A program made the translations under genes and the position numbers. DNA of 64,000 nt from an uncultured virus (IMG/VR IMGVR_UViG_3300032038_000017) (Duplodnaviria > Heunggongvirae > Uroviricota > Caudoviricetes): IMG/VR virus record IMGVR_UViG_3300032038_000017. One strand, written 5' to 3'. Shown one piece after another: positions 51,194 to 59,547 of the stretch. The notes under the pieces are model-generated. The model was given only the letters and a program-made list of their open reading frames with translations, was not told the DNA's origin and did not search any database. Position 1 is the first letter of the stretch. Each line of letters begins with the position of its first letter.

Positions 51194-51836
51194 TCTTATA
51201 AAACCTCCCTTTGTCTATCCAAATTATTTTTAATACCACTAAGTCAATAAACACTAAAATTAATCTGGCGAAATTAATTATAAACCGACTATCAAAACAT
51301 ATAGAAACCGTGGTTACAAACAAACACAAGCAAAGAAGAGTCCTAAAAATAAATATGGTATTTTTTACGCTTTTATACTCTTTTACAATTATTAAAACAT
51401 TAAAAATAATAGTAGCTAATGTAATGAGGATTACAATAAAATGGCTTATTTCATAAAAACACTTCAAATAGCCAACTTTATCAAGACAAGTTATTTTTCT
51501 GAATAATTCTATGTTTACCAGAATGTAAATTAATGAAATGGAACTACTTAGAAAAAGAATATACTTTTTTATAAACCCTTTTTTACAAGAAATACAAAAC
51601 TTGGAACTATACAAAAGCCCGTATACTACAGACAGATAGATAATGTACGAGCTTAATACATAGTATTCCGCAGGTTTTAGAATATAAAGAAACAGAATCG
51701 GTATCTGGATTGCTAACCCTGTTGACAACCAGTTCTGTTGAACTGGTGTCTTCTGTGCCTTATAAATGTTTATGTTATAAACAATAAGGATAAGTGACAG
51801 TAGGAAAATAGCAAGATTAAATATTTGCTCCAACAT
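51186..51836 (-). CDS. multi-pass (~6-7 TM) membrane protein
   Basis: Almost entirely hydrophobic helices. Confidence 0.7.
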   Translation of the reverse strand: MLEQIFNLAIFLLSLILIVYNINIYKAQKTPVQQNWLSTGLAIQIPILFLYILKPAEYYVLSSYIIYLSVVYGLLYSSKFCISCKKGFIKKYILFLSSSISLIYILVNIELFRKITCLDKVGYLKCFYEISHFIVILITLATIIFNVLIIVKEYKSVKNTIFIFRTLLCLCLFVTTVSICFDSRFIINFARLILVFIDLVVLKIIWIDKGRFYKND

Positions 51837-52542
51837 TTTCTAACTTTGACAACTCCTCAATTAAATTGTATATCCTTTCTTTGGCATCGGCTTTTATCGT
51901 GCTTAACGTTGTATCATAAGTAGACCGAACAGCAGATAATTTACTTATAGATATACGCAGTTCATCAAATATCTTTCTTGTGTTGTTCACTAGAACGTCT
52001 TCGATATTTCCAAAAAGTTTTGACACATAAGTATACCGTTTTATTCCCAATGCCATAGAATCAATTAACGTATGTGTCAAATCTTCTACCAAGTCTGTAA
52101 GTTCAGACTGTTCTGTTGAATTTGCAAGATTACTATAATAAACTTGTTTTAGCTTTGGGTGTAAAATGTTTCTCAAATCTCGTGCTAAATAAAGTTCCAA
52201 CAAGTCTTGCACTTTATTTACCTCGTAAACGTCCCATTTTGGGTCTATGACACTACTATACTCAAACAGAACTAGACTTATAATGTCGTTTACGGTTGTA
52301 TCTATTATAGATTCTATCTGTTTTTGAGAAACTTCTTCTGCATTCGCAAGTCCGCTCATGTACTTGCTGATGGTATAATCAATCTCTATTGTTGTTTCTT
52401 TCTTCGTCTGCCCCTTAAAGAAAGAGCACTTTCCAATTTTAGCCAAGACAAATTTATAAGTTAAAAATGCAAATGACGACATCACTGCAAGTAATGAGAT
52501 ACAAATTATAATAATAATTTCTAAAGAAATACTGAAATTCAT
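51817..52542 (-). CDS. single-TM membrane protein with large soluble domain
   Basis: N-terminal TM, helical remainder; GGAG SD. Confidence 0.7.
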   Translation of the reverse strand: MNFSISLEIIIIICISLLAVMSSFAFLTYKFVLAKIGKCSFFKGQTKKETTIEIDYTISKYMSGLANAEEVSQKQIESIIDTTVNDIISLVLFEYSSVIDPKWDVYEVNKVQDLLELYLARDLRNILHPKLKQVYYSNLANSTEQSELTDLVEDLTHTLIDSMALGIKRYTYVSKLFGNIEDVLVNNTRKIFDELRISISKLSAVRSTYDTTLSTIKADAKERIYNLIEELSKLENVGANI

Positions 52543-52583
52543 AAAGCTACTCCATTAAAGTTAGTTATTTAAAACAGCTAATT

Positions 52584-52931
52584 ATGTATATGGAATTGAG
52601 AATAAAAAAGAATAACCAAGACGTTTACGTCATAGAGCTTTCCGGTGAGCTTGACTTATACAATTCTTATAAAGTCAAGGAGCTCTTTTTAAAAATGGTT
52701 GAAAGAGGAATAAAGTACATTATATTTGATTTGAGTCGGACAGATTACATAGACTCGACTGGCATTGGTGTTTTCATTTACTGTTTTGACGTAGCTAAAA
52801 AGCAATACGTCAAAACTTGTCTATGTAATGTATTCGGAACAGTATTAAAAGTTATACAGCTTACCAAATTAACCGGCTATTTCACTATGACTAAAACAAT
52901 AGAAGAAGGTATAGACATAGTAAAAAGCTAA
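52584..52931 (+). CDS. STAS-domain anti-sigma factor antagonist (RsbV/SpoIIAA-like, spirochete type)
   Basis: LSGELDLYNS, FDLSRTDYIDSTGIG, VLKVIQLTKLTGYF; the start may be ATG 52590. Confidence 0.92.
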   Translation: MYMELRIKKNNQDVYVIELSGELDLYNSYKVKELFLKMVERGIKYIIFDLSRTDYIDSTGIGVFIYCFDVAKKQYVKTCLCNVFGTVLKVIQLTKLTGYFTMTKTIEEGIDIVKS

Positions 52932-55198
52932 ATTAATGCAAATCCAGATTTCTCCAGGAAACTATTAGTTTTCTGTTTCAAAGTTTCATAATCCCTTGCC
53001 TTATTTGTTTCTGGATTCCAAACAACATAAGGTAAATATTCATTAGAATACTTGTTTAACAACGTAATAGCCGCCGTAATAGAGTCCAAAGCATCCTTTG
53101 CATTTACACCACGCATATCAGTATTCCAGTTTCCGTCGCCTTGTGTTACGATTTCGCCACTCATATGGTCAATCTTTGGCTTACCACTTCCCTTACGCTT
53201 AACAACTTGAATTGACTTCATGTTATTCTTAACATAAATGTTCTTACCACAATGGAAACGACCGTGTTGAACATAATCAATAAAGTTGTAGTAGTGTTCG
53301 TTCTCTCTATCGACTGATATGTTTTCAACGTGAATACCCTTTCGAAGCAAATACTGTTTAGAAGCTTCTGACTGGAAGGTATCGTATGAAACATGCATTA
53401 TTTTAAGGTTTCCAAGTGTAACTAAGTCAGAAATAAAACACTTGATAGCGTCCAAGTTAATAATACCACCCGCCGGAATAATAACAATGGTAAAGTCTGT
53501 TACGTATACCTTATACGCTTCACCAGTTTCTGGGTCTATCTTATTAGGGTCACGTTCAACGTGGACCATAGAAATTCCGGTAACGTCCCCAGAGAATGAC
53601 TGGTCAACTGCCAAAGCCCTAGGAATGCCAGGTTCGTAGTAGAAATAGTATTTATCAAGAACACGGTTAAAGAATGTGTCCTTAATTTGGTTCCATACCA
53701 AGTGTTCTGGTTCTTCCTCTGCAGGTGCCGTAATTTCGCCCATAAGATTCTTCAAGTTGTTATTAAAACAATTTTCGATAGTTTCTGGGTTATTGAAGAT
53801 ACGGTCTGCCGTTCCAGACGGAATACCACACCAGTCTTTCATAAACTCGATAGGGGTAGACTTAGCTTTATCGTACATGCTAATACCACCACCCTCACGT
53901 GGACACCATACGATGTCTATAGGGTCAAATCTTTCAAGGTCTTGCTCGCTTTCAACTGGTCTAGGTAAAAGACCATTACCACCCTTAAACATTGGGAAAC
54001 AAGTTTTGAAATCACGCTTTATGTTACCATACTGGTCGTAACAACCTTGGAAATCTTGCTTAAAGAACTTCCAACGTGCGCCAGTAAAGAGCAAGTTTTT
54101 AGGGTCTTTTGGTGCGTCTTCCCAAATCCATTTATCAATAACTGATTCCATAGTGTTTGGTGAAGAGTCCAAAATAAATCCAGAAATACGGTTTCCTTTC
54201 ATACGTGAGTCGATACGGTCACGAAGCTTAGTAAAGAACTCATAAATCTGTTCGTCAGTCCAACCACCTTGCTCACGCCAGAAGCCCAACTCAGTTGCAG
54301 AACCCATAATAATGTTCTGACCAATAATGTCACCATTAGAAGATACAATGTTAAAGTTTAAGTTGTTTGAAATAGAAATACAACTCGTCGGTGCAGCCGT
54401 TGTCCAGTAGAGGTTTGGAATACCAGTGGTATTGTTGAACTCCTTATTAGCCTTAACCATGTCGTCTATTGTACGACACTGTTGCCAGAAATCTGCCTGA
54501 CGTAATACGTTCAAAAGTGGACCCATCAAAAGTTCGTAAGCTTTCTTCTGTGAGAATCCACCAAATACGATAGTAAACTGTGTTGAAGGGGCATATCCGT
54601 AATACTTGTATGGTGCCCACATAAATGCAAACTGTAAAGCGATATACATGTTTGCCAAAACGGTAAGGGTAGATTTACCAGTACCAATACAAGAAGAAAG
54701 AATTAAGTTACGATACGGTGAAAGAGGGTTAAAGAATCGCAAGAACGTTTCTTTAATCCAGGGGTGTAATGTATTTGCCTGGTCACCAATGTATTTTGGG
54801 GTAAGAAACTCTTCTGGTGTAGGGGGTTTATCACGAAAGTTTAATCGCCAACCTTGTGTAAGAAGCTGGGTTTTCATCTCGGTTGTCATGTCATTATTTT
54901 TTGCCAACCATTCGAGTGCTTTCTTTACCTTGTCGAAACCGAGTTGCTTAAATTCTGGTCTGTTCATCGCTGACTTATCGCCAGCAAGGATGTCTTGAAA
55001 TATGTATTTTAGCTCACCAAGTTTATCTGGCGTAATAATCTGATACTTTGAATTATCAACGGCTATCTTAGCACCCAATTCTGCTGTGCCGTCTTTTTTC
55101 ATTTCCCATGCAGTTTTTTCAGGGTCGTCTACATTTATTTCTATATTATGTGTTGCGTTTTCTTTAACTGTTTCAGTTTTTAGTTCTTCATTTTCCAT
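52928..55198 (-). CDS. terL: terminase large subunit
   Basis: Walker A SSCIGTGKST, coupling motif LDSSP, RNase-H-like nuclease LAVDQS..GD, SYDTFQS, KDALDS. Confidence 0.85.
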   Translation of the reverse strand: MENEELKTETVKENATHNIEINVDDPEKTAWEMKKDGTAELGAKIAVDNSKYQIITPDKLGELKYIFQDILAGDKSAMNRPEFKQLGFDKVKKALEWLAKNNDMTTEMKTQLLTQGWRLNFRDKPPTPEEFLTPKYIGDQANTLHPWIKETFLRFFNPLSPYRNLILSSCIGTGKSTLTVLANMYIALQFAFMWAPYKYYGYAPSTQFTIVFGGFSQKKAYELLMGPLLNVLRQADFWQQCRTIDDMVKANKEFNNTTGIPNLYWTTAAPTSCISISNNLNFNIVSSNGDIIGQNIIMGSATELGFWREQGGWTDEQIYEFFTKLRDRIDSRMKGNRISGFILDSSPNTMESVIDKWIWEDAPKDPKNLLFTGARWKFFKQDFQGCYDQYGNIKRDFKTCFPMFKGGNGLLPRPVESEQDLERFDPIDIVWCPREGGGISMYDKAKSTPIEFMKDWCGIPSGTADRIFNNPETIENCFNNNLKNLMGEITAPAEEEPEHLVWNQIKDTFFNRVLDKYYFYYEPGIPRALAVDQSFSGDVTGISMVHVERDPNKIDPETGEAYKVYVTDFTIVIIPAGGIINLDAIKCFISDLVTLGNLKIMHVSYDTFQSEASKQYLLRKGIHVENISVDRENEHYYNFIDYVQHGRFHCGKNIYVKNNMKSIQVVKRKGSGKPKIDHMSGEIVTQGDGNWNTDMRGVNAKDALDSITAAITLLNKYSNEYLPYVVWNPETNKARDYETLKQKTNSFLEKSGFALI

Positions 55199-55238
55199 AT
55201 GTATATTTAGGAAAAGTAACTAAAACTGAAACTGTATA

Positions 55239-56084
55239 TTATCTGTTATTATGTTGAACTTCTTTTAGCATTTTCTGCCATTCTGTTTCCGTAACGCCAT
55301 AAACTTTACACAGGTCTTCGTTTGTCCAATCTGATTTATATCCAACTTTACCAGTCCTTGGATTAGTAACAGACGCAACGTATGGTGTAAATTGCGGGTG
55401 CACTGGAGGGTCAATGGTTACTTTCATAACACAGTACCCTACAAAATCTAATTGCAAGAAATTATACAAGTTTTCTATCTCGTCTAACTCGCTTTCTACA
55501 ATTCTAATTTCACCAAGTTCTCCTTGCGTTACGTGAACGTCTCCATCCATAATTTGACAAGGGTTTTTACCGTTGAACTGGTCATTAATAAATATACCGT
55601 ATAGTTTTGGGTTCTTCAAGATACAAGTCAAGAAACGACCGTTCTTTCGTTCTGGGTGAACACCAGAGAAGTTCTTTATTACGAAATAAGGCTTTTTATG
55701 GTCGGACTTTGTATATTTTGTAAAAGGAACACCATATAAATTACTTCCAAGTATTTTTTCTATTATAGGGTCGTGTAAAGATTTACAGTCAAAGCCACCT
55801 TTATGCGTTAACTTATAAATACCTAAATCACAAGCTGCACCTATGTCAAAATGGTCATTAGCTTCAGAAGCCTTTATTACAAGTAATGTATCTATCTGGT
55901 TTCTAACATTTTCAAACTTTTTCCAGTCTGTCCCTTGTTTATATTCTGCAAGCGGGTCTTGTATCCATCTAACTGGTGATAGGTCTATACAGTTTTCCAA
56001 ATAATTATTTATAGCAACGCTCATAATAGAAATATGCAAGTTACTACTATAAGGGGGATTCATTAAAATGTTATTGAACTTCAT
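55239..56084 (-). CDS. N6-adenine DNA methyltransferase C-terminal half (paralog of 49062-49883)
   Basis: Starts MKFNNILMNPPY; LH, PVRWIQ, VHP, WTNEDLCKVYGVT..E; no motif I. Confidence 0.75.
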   Translation of the reverse strand: MKFNNILMNPPYSSNLHISIMSVAINNYLENCIDLSPVRWIQDPLAEYKQGTDWKKFENVRNQIDTLLVIKASEANDHFDIGAACDLGIYKLTHKGGFDCKSLHDPIIEKILGSNLYGVPFTKYTKSDHKKPYFVIKNFSGVHPERKNGRFLTCILKNPKLYGIFINDQFNGKNPCQIMDGDVHVTQGELGEIRIVESELDEIENLYNFLQLDFVGYCVMKVTIDPPVHPQFTPYVASVTNPRTGKVGYKSDWTNEDLCKVYGVTETEWQKMLKEVQHNNR

Positions 56085-56385
56085 TGGTTCTCCAAGAATA
56101 CTTCATACCATTATCGTCAAACTCTAATTTACCCATAGGGTCATAATGGCTTGCGTTCCAGTTATCTATTGTAAATCTGTAGACATGTCCTACATAGCCG
56201 TCTATCTTTTCCCAAGGTAGAATTCTATTCTTGTTCGCTTTAAGCCAGTCAACTACAATAGAGAACTTTTTATAGTAATTATTCTTATCTGCTTCTGACA
56301 AATCTTGCCAACGCTTTACATTTTTATAGTCATCCATACTACTTATCATATTAAACAAAAAGGCACAGTTCCGTGCCTGTGCCAA
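56071..56385 (-). CDS. hypothetical protein
   Basis: ORF overlapping the methyltransferase start; start uncertain. Confidence 0.5.
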   Translation of the reverse strand: MAQARNCAFLFNMISSMDDYKNVKRWQDLSEADKNNYYKKFSIVVDWLKANKNRILPWEKIDGYVGHVYRFTIDNWNASHYDPMGKLEFDDNGMKYSWRTNEVQ

Positions 56386-56468
56386 GTGTATGATATTTAA
56401 TTTTGGTTGTGAATTTCGTCTTTGTTTGGATGTTTTCTAAAAACTACGCACGGACGTAGAATAAAGTC

Positions 56469-57311
56469 TTATTTTGCTTCTGATTGAGTGCCTTCTGTTG
56501 CCATCAAAGACTTGTTATAATCTGTCTGGCGAAGGTAGATTTCAATGTCTCGACGTGTTCTGTTTTCAAGTTCTTTCTTTGCCTGAACACCAAATACTTC
56601 GTCAGCTTCAAGACCACGCTCGTAAGCTTCGTCTGTAACTGCCTTATCGTAAATCATAGTAATCTTTTTAATACCTACGATAGAAGTTGGACTATACATC
56701 CAATCACCCGGTGCACGGTGTGTAATTACTTCAATTTTTGTAAGACGAATGTCAGTCATTTTAAGACCTGCAACCGGAATCTGTGCAGTTGAACGGTTCT
56801 TTACGTCGTCAATGTATTCTGCAAAATTAATGTGTGCAGTAAACTCAATCATAGACTCAATAGTAGAAGTTGCGTCAGAAGCCTTGAACTTACGCTTATG
56901 TTCTACACCATTCTGCAACCAGAAGATTTCTACTTCGTCATATCCACGGTTAAGTGTCAATACAATGTCTGCACTTTTAACAGAGGCAGCGTTCTTAATG
57001 TATCCAGCACCAGTATTAGCTTCGTTAAAAGAAGGCTCAATAAATGCGATACCATAACGACTGTCAGTATACTGAGGTGCACAATCTGTTCTGATACAAA
57101 GACCATACTTTTCTGAAAGTACTGGGTTATAAAGATTACGTCCTGGCTCATAAGTTCCAGAAACACCAATAGCCCTTGCACCTGCTACCCAGTCGTAGCC
57201 AGTTCCAAGTACATCTGCTTTTGCAGTAGAATCAAAAAGGGTTGCTTCGTCTGCGAAAACCAATCCGATAGCCATAATAGCTACGACCAACAAGCTAAAA
57301 AGCTTTTTCAT
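56469..57311 (-). CDS. flaA: periplasmic flagellar filament sheath protein FlaA homolog (divergent)
   Basis: Signal peptide ending VFA/DEATLFD; GYIKNAASVKS, YIDDVKNR, MIYDKAV and LMATEG match spirochete FlaA blocks as I recall them. Confidence 0.8.
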   Translation of the reverse strand: MKKLFSLLVVAIMAIGLVFADEATLFDSTAKADVLGTGYDWVAGARAIGVSGTYEPGRNLYNPVLSEKYGLCIRTDCAPQYTDSRYGIAFIEPSFNEANTGAGYIKNAASVKSADIVLTLNRGYDEVEIFWLQNGVEHKRKFKASDATSTIESMIEFTAHINFAEYIDDVKNRSTAQIPVAGLKMTDIRLTKIEVITHRAPGDWMYSPTSIVGIKKITMIYDKAVTDEAYERGLEADEVFGVQAKKELENRTRRDIEIYLRQTDYNKSLMATEGTQSEAK

Positions 57312-57379
57312 CTATTCTTTTCTCCTTGAATTAGATTTTGTGTAATTTCTGGTGATTCACTTTTAGCATAAAGCTAGAA

Positions 57380-57691
57380 TTACGCTACGTGCCAATGCTT
57401 AGTTTTATTAAAGCTAAGAATGTCAAAGTCTAAGCTTTCGTTTGCGTCTTCAACAGGCTCAAATGTTCCCAACAAACGAATGTTTGCACTGTCTTTCAAA
57501 TCATTTATAAACTTGTTGTCATAAACGTAATGATTATCTTCACAGTAGTTACTTGCTACTTCTCTTGTAAGTGCAAGAAGTGCCTGATTTTCGTTCAAGT
57601 CTTTATTAACTGCTGCAACCAAACTTACAAACACGCCGTGTTCATTCTGGAATGTAACCTTGTACAAATTCTGCTTACTCATTTTAATCAC
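57380..57691 (-). CDS. hypothetical protein between flaB and flaA
   Basis: 103-aa ORF, GAGG SD, TTAATAT motif at 57731-57737. Confidence 0.7.
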   Translation of the reverse strand: MIKMSKQNLYKVTFQNEHGVFVSLVAAVNKDLNENQALLALTREVASNYCEDNHYVYDNKFINDLKDSANIRLLGTFEPVEDANESLDFDILSFNKTKHWHVA

Positions 57692-57744
57692 CTCGTAATA
57701 TAAAGATTTTCCCCTCTTAATCTACTTTTTATATTAACGTTAAA

Positions 57745-57768
57745 GGTGGGCTTATTATAGCCCACCCC
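57745..57768 (-). terminator. terminator after flaB
   Basis: GGTGGGCT-TATTAT-AGCCCACC, followed by UUU on the minus strand. Confidence 0.65.
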
Positions 57769-57817
57769 TTATAAACTTTTTATCATTCAGCCACGAACCC
57801 ACCAGTAGATGGCGTTT

Positions 57818-58669
57818 CTATTTTAGCAAAGCCAATACGTTCTGTGACTGGCTGTTTGCCTGAGCAAGCATTGCAGTAGCGGCAGACTGAAGAATCTGGT
57901 CTTTTGTATACTCAACAACCTCTTTTGCCATGTCTGTATCACGGATACGGCTTTCTGCTGCCTGGGTATTTTCTGCTGCAACATTGATACCTTTCTGTGC
58001 CATCTCCATACGGTTCTGATAAGCACCAAGGTCTGCTCTCTGTTTATTTACATTTTTTAATGCTTCGTCGATTGTTGAAAGTGTTTTGCTTGCATCGTCT
58101 GGACTGTTTACAGAAATTATGTTTGACTCGTCACCCTGTTGTCCTTTAAGACCAAGAGCAGTTGCAGTCATTGTTCCAATGTAAGCACGAATGTTCTGGT
58201 CTACGTTAGCACCAATCTGGAACTGCATAACTGTATCTGACTCACGAGCGAAACGTCCAGTTAAAAGGTTCATACCGTTAAACTGTGCAGAACTTGAAAT
58301 ACGGTCTACTTCTGCTACCAACTGCGATACCTCTACGGCAATCTGCATACGGTCTTCATCCGAATAAACGCCGTTTGAAGCCTGAACTGCCAGCTCACGA
58401 ATACGCTGGAGAACGTCTGTTGTTTCTGCCAAGTATCCTTCTGAAACCTGAACGAAAGAAACTGCGTCACCAATGTTGCGTGAAGCCTGATTAAGACCAC
58501 GAATCTGTGAACGCATTTTTTCTGATACTGCAAGACCAGAAGCGTCGTTACCTGCCTTGTTAATTCTTTCTCCAGAAGAAAGTCTTTCCATAGCAGACTG
58601 CAAGCTTGCGGCATTGAGCCCTTCTTGACGACTAGCAAACAAGCTAGACATGTTGTGATTAATTACCAT
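57818..58669 (-). CDS. flaB: flagellin, spirochete periplasmic filament core protein FlaB
   Basis: [72 protein letters not shown]; 283 aa with no D2/D3 domains. Confidence 0.97.
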   Translation of the reverse strand: MVINHNMSSLFASRQEGLNAASLQSAMERLSSGERINKAGNDASGLAVSEKMRSQIRGLNQASRNIGDAVSFVQVSEGYLAETTDVLQRIRELAVQASNGVYSDEDRMQIAVEVSQLVAEVDRISSSAQFNGMNLLTGRFARESDTVMQFQIGANVDQNIRAYIGTMTATALGLKGQQGDESNIISVNSPDDASKTLSTIDEALKNVNKQRADLGAYQNRMEMAQKGINVAAENTQAAESRIRDTDMAKEVVEYTKDQILQSAATAMLAQANSQSQNVLALLK

Positions 58670-58757
58670 AATTATACTCCTTTCTGGTTATGGTTTACCA
58701 GATTTCTATTAGACTAGACTATCCGTGTCTAGTCTAATCCAACATAAATGATATTAA
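58670..58757 (-). promoter_or_regulatory. flaB promoter/leader with CsrA-type GGA hairpin
   Basis: TTAATAT at 58751-58757; 12-bp stem AUUAGACUAGAC/GUCUAGUCUAAU with loop ACGGAUA (58708-58738); AAGGAG SD. Confidence 0.65.
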
Positions 58758-58778
58758 GATAATCTACTAAAAAGTAAA

Positions 58779-59156
58779 CTATTCTTCCCACTCAAAGTCT
58801 TCCTTTGCGTCAGACGCACGGGAAGCTGCCGTTGCTACACCTGGACGTGAACGGTCACTTGCAGGAGCAACCGTTGAAGCAGAAACAACCTTGCCTTTTT
58901 TGAGTTTCTGTTTGCTTACAACGTCCTTTACTTTTTTATTTGAAACAGGTCCATAAATGAACTTGTTGTCACTTAGTTTGACATAATCCTTAAAACCAGT
59001 AATGGTAATAATGGATTCGTCGTCGAGTTCCTGTCCTACGCTTATTGCACCGTTTGTTGAACGTGCCTTGCCTTGAATCTGAACTACTGTATATGTTTCG
59101 GCAGAAAGCAATAAAGACATTAGGAAAATCGCTCCAAATAGCAATATTTTTTTCAT
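58779..59156 (-). CDS. exported protein with FecR-like beta-strand N-terminal domain
   Basis: Signal peptide; YTVVQIQGKA...VGQELD...ITG..YVKL; C-terminal TAASRA; GGGGAGG SD. Confidence 0.6.
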   Translation of the reverse strand: MKKILLFGAIFLMSLLLSAETYTVVQIQGKARSTNGAISVGQELDDESIITITGFKDYVKLSDNKFIYGPVSNKKVKDVVSKQKLKKGKVVSASTVAPASDRSRPGVATAASRASDAKEDFEWEE

Positions 59157-59171
59157 ATAAACCTCCCCAGT

Positions 59172-59348
59172 TTATACCAATAAATCAATCAAGTGCTGAG
59201 ACTTCTCGTCTTCACTTGAACCCTCTTTCTTTTCTTCTAAAACTTTTTGATTAATTTCTTCGACTTTTTGTATTAAAGCTTTATTAGCTTTACCCTCCAG
59301 TCTGGACACCAAAGACGGTGGTTTAATGATAACATTAGGCACCTTCAT
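59172..59348 (-). CDS. small 58-aa protein (not in the ORF track)
   Basis: ATG at 59348 with AGGAG SD, open to TAA at 59172, directly upstream of the 58779-59156 gene. Confidence 0.45.
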   Translation of the reverse strand: MKVPNVIIKPPSLVSRLEGKANKALIQKVEEINQKVLEEKKEGSSEDEKSQHLIDLLV

Positions 59349-59547
59349 ACACGCAAACTCCTTTTTGCTAGTTATAAAGACTTACACAAATGCAAGCCAA
59401 CCTCAATGTTGACTCTTATGTAATTAGTTATTTTAACCCTGTCCACCCTATTAACATTATATTAATTTTTGTATTTATCGGCGAACTACACTAATTATTT
59501 ATAAGATTAAACTATAAACTAATTTTGTACAAAATAGGAGTAATAAA

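Noticed and set aside
52928..55198. Intein or intron in the long (756 aa) terminase
   Set aside because: No C/S...HN-C/S/T splice motifs or LAGLIDADG blocks; the extra length is an N-terminal extension plus insertions.
58740..58800. Sigma-28 (FliA) promoter for flaB
   Set aside because: No TAAA-N15-GCCGATAA match; only the phage TTAATAT motif is present.
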